Shown: positions 1 to 9,558 of the stretch, one piece after another | Layout: each line of letters starts with the position of its first letter | Numbering within the stretch: position 1 is the first letter of the stretch | NCBI GenBank assembly: GCA_903936565.1 | Contig: CAIZVZ010000001.1 | Coordinates: 95,905 to 159,904 of the forward strand | DNA length: 64,000 nt | DNA from: an uncultured bacterium | Lineage (GTDB): Bacteria; Patescibacteriota; Minisyncoccia; Phycocordibacterales; CAIZLB01 | Direction of reading: 5' to 3' | Translations under genes and position numbers: made by a program | Notes under the pieces: model-generated | The model's database searches: none | What the model was told of the DNA's origin: nothing | The model's input: the letters and a program-made list of their open reading frames with translations, nothing else

Positions 1-16
1 AGTTAATCCATACATT

Positions 17-715
17 CTATGATTTAAGTCTCAGCTCAAAAACATACACATCGGCATAATACAAATCCCCCACTTTATATATACTTATTTCACCCTTATT
101 TGAATCTTCTTCGTACCATTCCCTATCTTCGTAAACATAATCTTTTACAGGACTAGTTTCAAAGGATATCAGTCGAGCTATAAAATTCTTTGAAATATAT
201 TTTAGACTTTCCCTGGCGTTGCTCATTGAATATACAACAATATACAACCTAGTATTCTCATGCATTATTTTTTGAGTAGATCCAAGTACGCTCATTAAAA
301 TCTCATTACCACCAGCACCTCCGTGCATACCCTTTATTATTTGAGTATCATATTTCTCTAGAAGTTTTGGTGACAGTATCTCTTGAGGCACATTTGCAAT
401 TATTACATCAAACTTTTTATCATTAAAAGGTTCTCCCAAGTTACCCTGCCTTACATCTATCTCAACCTCGTTCTTGATGGCATTTTTCTTGGTTAGTTCA
501 ACAGCTTCATGAAGAACATCAGTTGCAAATACTTTAGCTCCTTTTTTTGCAGATAAGATAGCTAATATACCAGAACCGCAACCTATATCTAAGACAGTCT
601 CATCTTTACTTATTTCTATTGCATCTCCAAGAAATTTAGCACCATGTGGGGAGGGTTTAAAAACTTGATTATCTAAATCCAGATCGATCTCAATATTTTG
701 AGTTATATATTTCAC
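17..715 (-). CDS. Class I SAM-dependent methyltransferase (HemK/PrmC/MTS-like)
   Basis: Motif I VLDIGCGSGILA, acidic residue after beta2 (ATDV), FDVIIANVP motif IV-like segment; GTG start 6 nt after TGtTATAAT. Confidence 0.85.
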   Translation of the reverse strand: MKYITQNIEIDLDLDNQVFKPSPHGAKFLGDAIEISKDETVLDIGCGSGILAILSAKKGAKVFATDVLHEAVELTKKNAIKNEVEIDVRQGNLGEPFNDKKFDVIIANVPQEILSPKLLEKYDTQIIKGMHGGAGGNEILMSVLGSTQKIMHENTRLYIVVYSMSNARESLKYISKNFIARLISFETSPVKDYVYEDREWYEEDSNKGEISIYKVGDLYYADVYVFELRLKS

Positions 716-1055
716 ATAGCTATTATAACAAAATACAGAAGAAGTAAGAAAGACTATTTGGAGTGTTTATATAACACTTAAATAAACACATTCTTGTGAA
801 AGCTTTTTTAGGATTTTCTTTCTTACCACCATATTAATCCGTTGCCCCATTTCCAATGATTTAACATAAATATTTTAATGAACCGCTGTGACAAATATAT
901 ACTCCTTACCTTCAAAAAAATTACGAAAATTCAATTCCACCTCTATCATTAAATAACCTAATATAAGTAATTATACATCAACTATAGTTAAGGTCAGGCT
1001 TAGTTTTATTTTTATCGATTACACACAAGGTTTAATCTGTTATAATGGATATTGT

Positions 1056-1832
1056 ATGATTTCGGACAAATATAAAATTATATTTATACAGATACCAAAG
1101 ACAGGTGGAACAACTATTGATAACGTTTTTTCTTCTTGCAAAATTCACATTGGACATGAGTATAATAATCTTGCGGGAGACAATATAGACCACGCCAAGC
1201 TCAGTGATTTAATCAAATGGAACTTAATAACTAGTGAGAAAGCTGAAAAATATTTTAAATTTACTTTTGTCAGAAACCCATGGGATAGAGTACTGTCTGA
1301 TTATTTTTATTTATCAAAAATAAATTATATACCAAAATTATCCTTCAAAGAATATTTGATTGAACTAGATAAAATTGTAAACAAACAAGAATCCATTATG
1401 TTTTCAACCAAAGACTACAGGGCTCATTTTAGAAAACAAACTGAATATCTTTTAGATTGTGACTTTGATTTTGTTGGTAAATTTGAAAATTTTCAAAGTG
1501 ATTTTAATAAAATTTGTAATATTATTGGAAAATCAAAAGAAAGATTAGCTAAGAAAAACAGGACACTACATAGACACTATAGTTATTATTATGACGATGA
1601 ATCTAGAACATTAGCCGATAGAATATTTAAAGAAGATATTCAGTACTTAGGATACAAATTTAAAAAACTTAATTCAATCGAAAGAAAGATAGACTTTTTA
1701 AAATACTATTTATTTTCAATTAGTTTTATTAACCATTGGACAATTATCTCCACCTTCTTTAAATTATCATCGAGACTAAAGAATAAATCCCCACTCTATG
1801 CCAAATTTGTTAAATATATAAAGTCCAATTAA
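1056..1832 (+). CDS. Sulfotransferase family 2 (carbohydrate sulfotransferase-like) protein
   Basis: 5'-PSB-like FIQIPKTGGTTI and 3'-PB-like FTFVRNPWDRVLSDY; FDFVGKFENFQSDF and Y(K)EDI..LGY.F-type C-terminal motifs. Confidence 0.85.
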   Translation: MISDKYKIIFIQIPKTGGTTIDNVFSSCKIHIGHEYNNLAGDNIDHAKLSDLIKWNLITSEKAEKYFKFTFVRNPWDRVLSDYFYLSKINYIPKLSFKEYLIELDKIVNKQESIMFSTKDYRAHFRKQTEYLLDCDFDFVGKFENFQSDFNKICNIIGKSKERLAKKNRTLHRHYSYYYDDESRTLADRIFKEDIQYLGYKFKKLNSIERKIDFLKYYLFSISFINHWTIISTFFKLSSRLKNKSPLYAKFVKYIKSN

Positions 1833-1881
1833 TACATGGTCTTACTGTAATCTATGGATATTGTATACAATATAAGTATAT

Positions 1882-1912
1882 TTTGTGACACCAAGACGTG
1901 GCTTTCCGAACT
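1882..1912. repeat. 31-bp direct repeat, copy 1 (30/31 identical to 2631-2661)
   Basis: TTTGTGACACCAAGACGTGGCTTTCCGAACT versus TTTGTGACCCCAAGACGTGGCTTTCCGAACT. Confidence 0.95.
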
Positions 1913-2055
1913 ATTGAACAAAAAAGGTGACATTAGATACTCTCTTCGAGAACTATTATTACTTAATAGATTATAGCAATTTAAAAACCCTACATAAATA
2001 CCATCAACATAACTGGAATAATCAAAAAAGTTTGGGCTTACATAGTGCTGATAAA

Positions 2056-2403
2056 TTAGTTATTTGAAGATTTATTTTTATAAATAATATCAACAATCTC
2101 TTCATCTTCAATCTTAAATTTAATACCCTTGCCAATTAAAATAGCTGTATTGTTTTTTTGCTTAGCATCAATGAGTAAACTTGAAAACAACTTATCAGAA
2201 GAATTAAAATCTTCTTTGTTGTAAAACATTGTAAGATGAGATTTTATACCAACCACAGGGTTAAAAATAACAACTCTTTTGTTTGTTATATAAACATTGT
2301 GACCTAATAGTTTTTCATATCGAAAAAAACCTGTAACAATTACAGAAACCTTCTCGAGTGTTTTAATTAAATTTTCGTTCGGCAATAATTCTAATGTTGT
2401 CAT
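2056..2403 (-). CDS. Hypothetical protein (possibly small beta-rich/PH-like)
   Basis: 115-aa ORF; VYITNKRVVIF resembles bacterial PH-like strands; TGaTAAAAT 7 nt before ATG. Confidence 0.6.
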   Translation of the reverse strand: MTTLELLPNENLIKTLEKVSVIVTGFFRYEKLLGHNVYITNKRVVIFNPVVGIKSHLTMFYNKEDFNSSDKLFSSLLIDAKQKNNTAILIGKGIKFKIEDEEIVDIIYKNKSSNN

Positions 2404-2460
2404 AAATTACATTTTATCATACCTACAATAGACAGACTAACTCGAAATGTATTTCTAAAG

Positions 2461-2662
2461 AAGTTCGGAACGTGCTTTGGGGTGCCTAAAAATACATTGT
2501 AAAATAAGGACGAAAATTCTAGTTGCGCCGCCTGCACCAACGCCTTTTACTTCGCTTCGCTTGTAAAAGTCTGGGTGCATCGGCATCACATTTTTACAGT
2601 CGCCTCGCATGAGCCTCGGCTCCTTAAAAATTTGTGACCCCAAGACGTGGCTTTCCGAACTT
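2461..2662. mobile_element. Non-coding 202-bp element with imperfect terminal inverted repeats and nested internal stems (MITE/REPIN-like or structured RNA)
   Basis: AAGTTCGGAA..TTGGGG (2461-2482) pairs with CCCCAA..TTCCGAACTT (2638-2662); internal stems TGTAAAA/TTTTACA, TGCACC/GGTGCA, CTTTTAC/GTAAAAG. Confidence 0.5.
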
Positions 2663-2710
2663 ATGGGTCAAATTATTTAATTTATTATTATTTCTTGGAT
2701 TTAGATAGTT

Positions 2711-3940
2711 TTACTGCATTATTGTGAAATCTAGCTTGTTACTTGATACACCCGAAGGTTTGACATAAACCTTATATGAGCCTGGCTTCATATCCATATA
2801 TGAGGCACAAGGCAATCCAGATTCACCTGATGACTTAGTACATAATCGGCTTGGTAAGGTTACAATAAGAGCTGTATCTCCTGTGGGTAGATAATTACCA
2901 GTCTCAATAACACCAACCTGACCAGCTTCATTTTCAAACCAAACACCTGTTTCTCCTTCAAATCCATTAAGATAAATTCCCTTAATCGTTAAGACTACTC
3001 CCTGCTGGTCAGTTTGATTAGGACTAATGGAATATATTTTAGGCTTTTCAACTCTCTCCAAATTATATTTCGAGGCTCCGTTAGCAGAAATTAGTTTAAA
3101 TTTAATAGTTTTAACAACACTCCACTTTTCTTGAGTACAAATATCTGCCTCCTGATTAGGATTACCACAATCCAAACCATAACCAGTTAATGAAATTATG
3201 CCATTTTTTATAGAGACGTTTGTTACATCTGACTTGGCGGCGCTACTTGATTTAAAACCAGGATCAAAACTTACATCAAGAACGTCGGTATCAATATTTT
3301 TATTATTTAAAACAACCATCAGATTAGTAGAACATGATGCTCCGCAGGTAGAAACTTTAACAACAGCATCTTCATATACATCGCCGTTAATATCCCCCCT
3401 TGCAACAACTTTTCCTGTTGGATCGAGGGATGCTTTTATAAACACTTCATCAGGTAAACTATTGCTCGCTTCTGTTTTCAAGGATGATGTCGCAACTGAA
3501 TTTTCAGACTCAAAAGGTCCGAATAACTTCGGTCCACCGTCAGAATATTCATAGATAAAATAATATTCTCCACAATCAACAATAGAGACACTCCCCCATC
3601 CTCCCATACTATTTTTGTATTTATATGAAGAATATTTTATAAAATCAGCCTTCTTGTCTCCACAATAGAAATTAAATTGCGAATCAGATTCCTTAATCTC
3701 AATATTTTTACTTGGTATATTCCAGCTGGACGGATTATCACTCTTTACCATTTTGTCTTTCCATAAACTTTCATCAGAAAGGACTTTGTACGTATTTGGT
3801 AATACTTCATTTCTTTCAGAAATCATTTTTACAACACTACTTGGCATGTAGTAAAAATAGTAAATACCCAGTATAGCAACCACTATTATAATAACAGCTA
3901 AAAATGAATTAAAAATCCAGTTTATTATTGTTTTCTTCAT
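2711..3940 (-). CDS. Membrane-anchored multidomain surface protein with C-terminal IPT/TIG-like Ig domain
   Basis: N-terminal hydrophobic anchor; paired Cys; C-terminal PKIYSISP..LTIKG..LIVTLP..PGSYKVYV..SNKLDFTI. Confidence 0.7.
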   Translation of the reverse strand: MKKTIINWIFNSFLAVIIIVVAILGIYYFYYMPSSVVKMISERNEVLPNTYKVLSDESLWKDKMVKSDNPSSWNIPSKNIEIKESDSQFNFYCGDKKADFIKYSSYKYKNSMGGWGSVSIVDCGEYYFIYEYSDGGPKLFGPFESENSVATSSLKTEASNSLPDEVFIKASLDPTGKVVARGDINGDVYEDAVVKVSTCGASCSTNLMVVLNNKNIDTDVLDVSFDPGFKSSSAAKSDVTNVSIKNGIISLTGYGLDCGNPNQEADICTQEKWSVVKTIKFKLISANGASKYNLERVEKPKIYSISPNQTDQQGVVLTIKGIYLNGFEGETGVWFENEAGQVGVIETGNYLPTGDTALIVTLPSRLCTKSSGESGLPCASYMDMKPGSYKVYVKPSGVSSNKLDFTIMQ

Positions 3941-3947
3941 GTTTTAG

Positions 3948-3981
3948 ATTGTACCACCCATTAGGTGATTTTACTAAATCA
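3948..3981. repeat. 34-bp dispersed repeat containing an extended -10 box on the minus strand (29/34 identical to 36527-36560)
   Basis: ATTGTACCACCCATTAGGTGATTTTACTAAATCA versus ATTATACCACCCAGTAGGTGATTCTCCAAAATCA. Confidence 0.8.
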
Positions 3982-4003
3982 CAGACGTGCACAACATTCA
4001 CCC

Positions 4004-4031
4004 AGTAGGCGATTCTACCGAATCGCCTACT
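4004..4031. repeat. Perfect 12-bp hairpin, GTAG-type REP-like, just 3' of the tRNA
   Basis: AGTAGGCGATTC-TACC-GAATCGCCTACT. Confidence 0.75.
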
Positions 4032-4040
4032 CGCCCCTAG

Positions 4041-4112
4041 TGACCCTACAGAGAATCGAACTCTGATTACTGCCTTGAGAAGGCAATGTCCTAACCGTTA
4101 GACGATAGGGCC
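4041..4112 (-). tRNA. tRNA-Glu (anticodon CTC), CCA not encoded
   Basis: Minus strand GGCCCTATCGTCTAACGGTTAGGACATTGCCTTCTCAAGGCAGTAATCAGAGTTCGATTCTCTGTAGGGTCA: 7-bp acceptor stem, loop TT-CTC-AA, GTTCGA T-loop. Confidence 0.97.
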
Positions 4113-4205
4113 ATGTATTTGCTATTTATTTAGCGGAACTCTAATAATATCGCATAAAATCTGAATTTTATCAATACTCAAAAGAGATTTACTGAGGAAA
4201 CAAAT

Positions 4206-4229
4206 CCCGACGCCAAAAGCGGCGTCGGG
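4206..4229 (-). terminator. GC-rich hairpin downstream of ORFan 4248-4925
   Basis: CCCGACGCC-AAAAGC-GGCGTCGGG followed by a T-rich run on the minus strand. Confidence 0.7.
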
Positions 4230-4247
4230 GGCATCTTTTTCCAAGTG

Positions 4248-4925
4248 CTACTTCACAAGATCGAGCAACACTGGATATTTTGGAGCTGTGGGACGATTGG
4301 CCTGATCGATCAACATAACATTCCCTTTGAAGGTAAATTGCACACCGCAACCGTTCTCATAATTGCTGAACACAGGTTCAGTACAATTGAAAAATCTTCT
4401 ACCCGTTAGGCGTGAGAACGATATTTGTGTGTAAATTAGCTTCAGTAGGAGCGTGGTATCAACCTTCAGACTTTTCTTTTCCGCAGCATCTGGGTTGCGT
4501 GATACTATCACCCAATTCCACTCTGCACATTCAATATCGAGTAATCCACCCAGAAGTTGCTCAACCTTTGACGACATTCTAACACTCCCGGGGAAGGTAG
4601 AAATGAGCTTTCGAGCTGAAACACGAGGAGGTATATGTACCAAGTGGAGATGGTCAAAACTTCCCGCTGGATCTTTTAGTCTCTTGAAACAATCTTGCGG
4701 TATGGGTATACCAGCTCGATTGTCTGGTGGCCGATTCAATCCAGCCTCCTTCAATTCCTTAGGACAACTGTCGAAGGGAATCACTCGATGTGGTGCCCCA
4801 ACAAGCATTTTCGCTAACTTACTTGCGGTATAGCAGCGAACTGTTGTTGGAACGGTTAATGGTTTTCTGTGGAAGTTACCGGCGGACCTAGGAAGGCCGC
4901 CCCATAATTGTGGAACTAAGTTCAT
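4248..4925 (-). CDS. Hypothetical protein (ORFan)
   Basis: Long ORF; the track's TTG start at 4985 coincides with a TTGACT-N17-CACTAT promoter, so ATG 4925 (MNLVPQ) is preferred. Confidence 0.6.
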   Translation of the reverse strand: MNLVPQLWGGLPRSAGNFHRKPLTVPTTVRCYTASKLAKMLVGAPHRVIPFDSCPKELKEAGLNRPPDNRAGIPIPQDCFKRLKDPAGSFDHLHLVHIPPRVSARKLISTFPGSVRMSSKVEQLLGGLLDIECAEWNWVIVSRNPDAAEKKSLKVDTTLLLKLIYTQISFSRLTGRRFFNCTEPVFSNYENGCGVQFTFKGNVMLIDQANRPTAPKYPVLLDLVK

Positions 4926-5024
4926 AGTAAAAAAAGGATCCTCTGACCCAGAGAAGATAGTGCCATTTATTCTTAATAAAGTCAAATCTACCGCCCGTTA
5001 GTTTATCAAGCAAGAACATCACCT

Positions 5025-6863
5025 CTACGGCGTACAATTCTTCCCATTTGATGGCGTCTTATTAAGTGGAGCTACTCTTCCTGTCCCAACAGGGACTACA
5101 GCTCTCGAACTCGTCGCTCCACCAATTACCCCATCAAGACTCTGCCCTTCTGGAGCTCTGTCTGGCGCTACTTGATAATAGCTAATCAAAAACTTTGTTA
5201 AATCAATAAAAGGTAGCGCTAATGTATCTGATGAATAATTTACACCCCTTGGATTGATAGTGTAGATGAAAACCAAAAATTTTGGATTGTACGCTGGCAA
5301 GATTCCAATAAATGAGTGCAAGTGAATATTATCAGCATAACCAGTTCCACCTCTTACCATTTGCGCAGTACCCGTCTTAACTCCGATTGAATAGTTGGGG
5401 TTCTTGTAAACACCATTCTTCAGTGTTGTATCAAAATTGTTTACCATCATATTCACAACTTCAAGCGCAGAATCCTCTTTAATGACCCTTGCATCAAATT
5501 GTACTGGAATCTTTTTGGAAGTTCCAATTTTATAATTTATCTCCTTTACCAACCTCGGCTTAACCATAACTCCCCCATTTGCAATAGCTGAAAAGGCGTG
5601 CGCGACTTCAATTGGAGTAACAGAAATTCCTTGACCAAAAGATGCAGTTACATATTCAATATCAATATTTCTTGGAGGCTGGATATTTGAAATCAAACCA
5701 GAAGCCTCATTTGGCAAATCGATTCCAGTCTTATTACCTAAACCATATTTTGTAAAATAACTTCCAAAAGCCTCATTCCCAATTTTTTGCTCAACATAAG
5801 CAAAACCAGTGTTCAGTGATCTTGCCAGTGCGCACTGTAGTGTAATCACCCCTCTACCCTTCTTATCAAAATTTGAAATAGTTTTTTTACTGAAAGTTGC
5901 AGAACCCGTATCATTATATGTACTTTGGGAAGTAACAGCGCCCAAATCAATTCCCGCCGACATGGTTAACGGCTTCATAATTGAACCCATTTCATATACA
6001 CTCTCAATAAGGTCATTCCTAAAAAGTGCAGTGTCTTTAACATTTTTCAAATCATTCGGATCAAAGGACGGATTAAGTCCCATGGCATAAATATCCCCAG
6101 TCTGTGGATTCATGATAATTGCCCCAGTTCGCTCTGAAGAATATTGACTGCTAATTTTAGTAATCATCTCTTCAACATAAGCCTGAGTCTTTGGTTCAAT
6201 TGTTGTCACAATATCCCCCTCTGGACTCTCACCATCAATCACTGTCTTTTTAATATTAGAAAAAGTCTCTACAAAAAAGTTGGCATAAGCATTTGATTGC
6301 TTACGACTCAAAACATTGTCATAAGTTCTCTCAAGTCCATACCTACCAGCAAAATCATTGCCTTTATAACCCATAAAACCAAGCACATTGGACGCAAGAG
6401 GTCCCCCTGGATAGTATCGCCATTTATCTTGATAAAGCGTTATACCTGGGAGCTTAAGCTTATTTAATTTTTCACCAGTCTCCTGATCAACCTTCTTTCG
6501 GAGTTCCTCATATGGGTCATCAGTCTTATTAGCTTTAGCGATAAAATCATCACGATCCAAATCAGGTATTAAAGCCGAAATTTGCTTATAAATTTCCTCT
6601 GCCCCACCTGCTTTCACCAAATTTGGCTTCATCGCCAAAACAAACCCAGTCTTTAGTGACGCAGCTGAAATTTGCACGCCATCTTTTTGAGTAAAGAAAA
6701 TAGTCCCTCTATTGAAATCAGTTGAGGGCTTTTGATATTGTCTATCCGCCTTCTGTCGGTAGATATCCGAATTAACAATCTGTAATAGATACAGTTTAAT
6801 AAATAGCAACAATGCAAAACAGATTATTGCAATGGAGATTAATCTAATTCTAGATTTGAGCAT
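5025..6863 (-). CDS. ftsI: Class B penicillin-binding protein, FtsI/PBP3-like
   Basis: N-terminal TM, RGTI, RYYP, GRYGLE; SxxK (SIMK), SxN (SLN), KTG; follows mraZ-rsmH-ftsL. Confidence 0.9.
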   Translation of the reverse strand: MLKSRIRLISIAIICFALLLFIKLYLLQIVNSDIYRQKADRQYQKPSTDFNRGTIFFTQKDGVQISAASLKTGFVLAMKPNLVKAGGAEEIYKQISALIPDLDRDDFIAKANKTDDPYEELRKKVDQETGEKLNKLKLPGITLYQDKWRYYPGGPLASNVLGFMGYKGNDFAGRYGLERTYDNVLSRKQSNAYANFFVETFSNIKKTVIDGESPEGDIVTTIEPKTQAYVEEMITKISSQYSSERTGAIIMNPQTGDIYAMGLNPSFDPNDLKNVKDTALFRNDLIESVYEMGSIMKPLTMSAGIDLGAVTSQSTYNDTGSATFSKKTISNFDKKGRGVITLQCALARSLNTGFAYVEQKIGNEAFGSYFTKYGLGNKTGIDLPNEASGLISNIQPPRNIDIEYVTASFGQGISVTPIEVAHAFSAIANGGVMVKPRLVKEINYKIGTSKKIPVQFDARVIKEDSALEVVNMMVNNFDTTLKNGVYKNPNYSIGVKTGTAQMVRGGTGYADNIHLHSFIGILPAYNPKFLVFIYTINPRGVNYSSDTLALPFIDLTKFLISYYQVAPDRAPEGQSLDGVIGGATSSRAVVPVGTGRVAPLNKTPSNGKNCTP

Positions 6864-6884
6864 TACTTCTATTTTACTTCATTC

Positions 6885-7208
6885 CTACTTCATTGCAACA
6901 TTCTTTGCGACAAACTCACGAGAAGCGAATTGAGTTTTACCAACTGCATTTTGAAAACCCATCTCATACGCCACATCTATTGAAACACCATTTGAAAGTG
7001 ACATATATTGAAATTCCAAATCACCCAGCTTTGAATTTAAAGCAACAATTTCTGCTTCAGCCTTATCCTTATTGAAAGCATTCCAAACTGTTGTATTAAC
7101 CATATATCCATAAGCACCCACAAGGACAACTAAAATCGAAAGCATTGACCAGAATAATGTTACTGATAGTCTATCGATTGTATTTATTGTCTTTGTTACG
7201 TTTGTCAT
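6885..7208 (-). CDS. FtsL-like cell division protein
   Basis: Single TM plus coiled coil, A.EMGF motif, located between rsmH and ftsI. Confidence 0.7.
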   Translation of the reverse strand: MTNVTKTINTIDRLSVTLFWSMLSILVVLVGAYGYMVNTTVWNAFNKDKAEAEIVALNSKLGDLEFQYMSLSNGVSIDVAYEMGFQNAVGKTQFASREFVAKNVAMK

Positions 7209-7276
7209 GAATTTTATGATTTGTTAATTTATTATTAATTTGTTTCTTTTGCTAAGTTATGTATGTTCTCCGCGAT

Positions 7277-8350
7277 TTATTTCTTTTGAAAAACTCGCAT
7301 CTTTGCGCTTCGTGCCCTTGGATTAATATCCGTTTCATCCTCTGTTGGAACAATTGGTCTCTTTGTTAAAATCTTTCCCTCTTCATCTTCTTCAAATTTC
7401 TTGAAAAAATTCTTAACGATTCTATCCTCCAAGCTGTGATATGAGATAACCACCAACCTTCCTCCTGCATTTAATTTCTCTATCGCTTGTGGAAGAGTCT
7501 CATTTAATGCATTTAATTCATCGTTAATTGCGATTCTGAGAGCTTGAAAGGTCTTTGTTGCTGGATGAGTCTTACCGAATCTTGCAAAGCTAGGAACTGA
7601 TTGCTTGATTATTTCTGCAAGCTTTGAAGTAGATGTGATTCTCTCCAGTTCTCTTGCTTTAACAATCCCCTTTGCAATCTTCCATGCAAATTTATCTTCT
7701 CCGTAAGATTCAATGATTGTTCTGATGTTTTCTTCGTCCCAATCATTAATAATGTCCTCTGCAGTGAATTGAACACTATCAGTACCATCCTCTCCAGCAC
7801 CAACTACAGCGTCGGACATCTCACCTTCAGACTCATCACCCCTCTTGTTTGAAAAAGTCATGATTAGAGGTTCATCCTTTTTGAAGCTAAATCCTCTACC
7901 GCTCTCTTCAAGTTCATAAGAGCTAAGTCCAAGATCATAAAGTATTGCATCTGCCTTACTGACCCCAACCTCATCCAATGCTTTTGTTAGATTTCTGAAG
8001 TTGTCATTAATGAAAATGATATTTGGCTTCTTTTGCAAATCTTTGAAAGCCATTTCAAAGTTAGCCTTGGCTCTTGCAATTGCGTCTTGATCCAAATCAA
8101 ATCCTGCAATTGTAATATCGCCATCCATTAATTTTGCAAGCTCTTCACTGTGACCACCGTCACCCAAGTTGCAATCAACAAAAATCTGACCTTTCTTTAA
8201 GTCCAATTGTTCTAACACAGATTGTAAAAGAACTGGAATGTGTCTAGTGAATTCAACCTTAACGAATTCCTTCCTAGGCCCATTCTGTTTTTTCCAGCTA
8301 TTACTGCCTCGACCAGATCCCTTTCCCTTTGATGTTTTACGTTTTGTCAT
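7277..8350 (-). CDS. rsmH: 16S rRNA m4C1402 methyltransferase RsmH
   Basis: HIPVLL, DCNLGDGGHS, DLGLSSY..RGFSF, HPATKTFQALRIAINDEL, ISYHSLEDRIVK, NPRARSAKMR. Confidence 0.97.
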   Translation of the reverse strand: MTKRKTSKGKGSGRGSNSWKKQNGPRKEFVKVEFTRHIPVLLQSVLEQLDLKKGQIFVDCNLGDGGHSEELAKLMDGDITIAGFDLDQDAIARAKANFEMAFKDLQKKPNIIFINDNFRNLTKALDEVGVSKADAILYDLGLSSYELEESGRGFSFKKDEPLIMTFSNKRGDESEGEMSDAVVGAGEDGTDSVQFTAEDIINDWDEENIRTIIESYGEDKFAWKIAKGIVKARELERITSTSKLAEIIKQSVPSFARFGKTHPATKTFQALRIAINDELNALNETLPQAIEKLNAGGRLVVISYHSLEDRIVKNFFKKFEEDEEGKILTKRPIVPTEDETDINPRARSAKMRVFQKK

Positions 8351-8355
8351 ATCAA

Positions 8356-8799
8356 TTAAATTACTCCGAATTCTCCTAATTTCTCAGCAATATCATCGAC
8401 ATGCTTCAAATTTTCCATCTTGTAATTCTTCCAACGCAATTCATCCCAAATTTCAACCTTGTTGTATACGCCGGTAAAAACCACTTTTCCAACCTTATCA
8501 GAAAGTCCTGCAAACTCTCTTAGAAAATCTGGAATCAAGATTCTTCCAACGCTATCAACATCAACTTCTACTGCTCCTCCCAAAAACATTCTATTGAACC
8601 CTCTACTACTTGCCTGCCCCATGGAAAGTGAACCTAGCTTCTCAGAAATCTTTACCCATTCCTTGATTCCAAACATAAACAAACAGTTATCAAGTCCATG
8701 AGTAATCACAACCTTTTTGCCAATCTCTTTCTTGAATTTGGCAGGTAAAGAGATTCTTTTTTTGTCATCCTGGCTGTGTGTATATTCTCCGATTAACAT
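8356..8799 (-). CDS. mraZ: Division/cell wall cluster transcriptional regulator MraZ
   Basis: GEYTHSQDDKKRISLPAKF, DSVGRILIP, VEIW; first gene of the dcw block. Confidence 0.97.
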   Translation of the reverse strand: MLIGEYTHSQDDKKRISLPAKFKKEIGKKVVITHGLDNCLFMFGIKEWVKISEKLGSLSMGQASSRGFNRMFLGGAVEVDVDSVGRILIPDFLREFAGLSDKVGKVVFTGVYNKVEIWDELRWKNYKMENLKHVDDIAEKLGEFGVI

Positions 8800-8858
8800 A
8801 TTCTTTTTTCCATGGTTTTTGTGGCTTAAAATCTATCTCTTTTTCGTTTTCTGTTCCT

Positions 8859-8908
8859 TACCACTATTTCCCACTTATCTACCATTTTATACCACTTACT
8901 ACACACTT
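8859..8908 (-). promoter_or_regulatory. MraZ operator: GTGG-type direct repeats at about 10-bp periodicity
   Basis: CCAC/CCAT words at 8861, 8871, 8882 and 8892 upstream of mraZ, matching the known MraZ repeat architecture. Confidence 0.8.
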
Positions 8909-9057
8909 GCAAACACATTTTAGAAAAAAGTTGTGTATAACTTTTTATTATTGTAGTATTTCAGGCAGAAGCACATTCCAAAGTGATGCGGAGTGTTTTT
9001 TCTGACAGTTTTGATGTGTAAAACCAGCCAAACAATCAACCCCAGCTAACAACCGAT

Positions 9058-9525
9058 ATGACAACCGAACCTAACGAAGAAATCAGCCTAGCAGTACCCG
9101 CGCCGTTGGTACAACTAAGAAAGCCTGCGCCAAAGGATCTAGCTGAAGAGCAAAAGCCAATGGTCACAGAACGATATATTACTGGGCGCGACGCCCGTGG
9201 AATAAATGGAGGTGTTGAAAATGACGGCTCCACAGAAACGAGGCAATTGTTTCGTTTCGTAAACCTAATGGGCGCCACCACAATCAATATCAAAAATGGA
9301 CAAACTCCACTTCAGGCCATTGAGGAGGTTGCCAAAACTAGCCGTAAATTTCGTCAGACATGGCGTCTGGAGAAGACGACACAAAACAGACCAGTATGTG
9401 GAGGCTGGACCAGACTGTGGCAACGCAAGGCAACAGACTGGAAAGTGACCAAAGTCGAGAAACTTCAATGCCCGCCGAACGAAAACTTCCAAGATTACAT
9501 CAGGAAGGTTAGCTCAGCAGCCTGA
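9058..9525 (+). CDS. Hypothetical protein (ORFan)
   Basis: 155-aa ORF with higher GC than neighbours and its own terminator. Confidence 0.6.
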   Translation: MTTEPNEEISLAVPAPLVQLRKPAPKDLAEEQKPMVTERYITGRDARGINGGVENDGSTETRQLFRFVNLMGATTINIKNGQTPLQAIEEVAKTSRKFRQTWRLEKTTQNRPVCGGWTRLWQRKATDWKVTKVEKLQCPPNENFQDYIRKVSSAA

Positions 9526-9558
9526 CAATATCAAACTACCTACTAGTAGTGATAAAGC

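Noticed and set aside
2455-2643. 62-aa ORF
   Set aside because: Lies within the structured inverted-repeat element and has no protein-like features
5025-8799. dcw cluster ending after ftsI as loss of mur genes
   Set aside because: Fragmented dcw clusters are common and the remaining genes may be elsewhere in the genome
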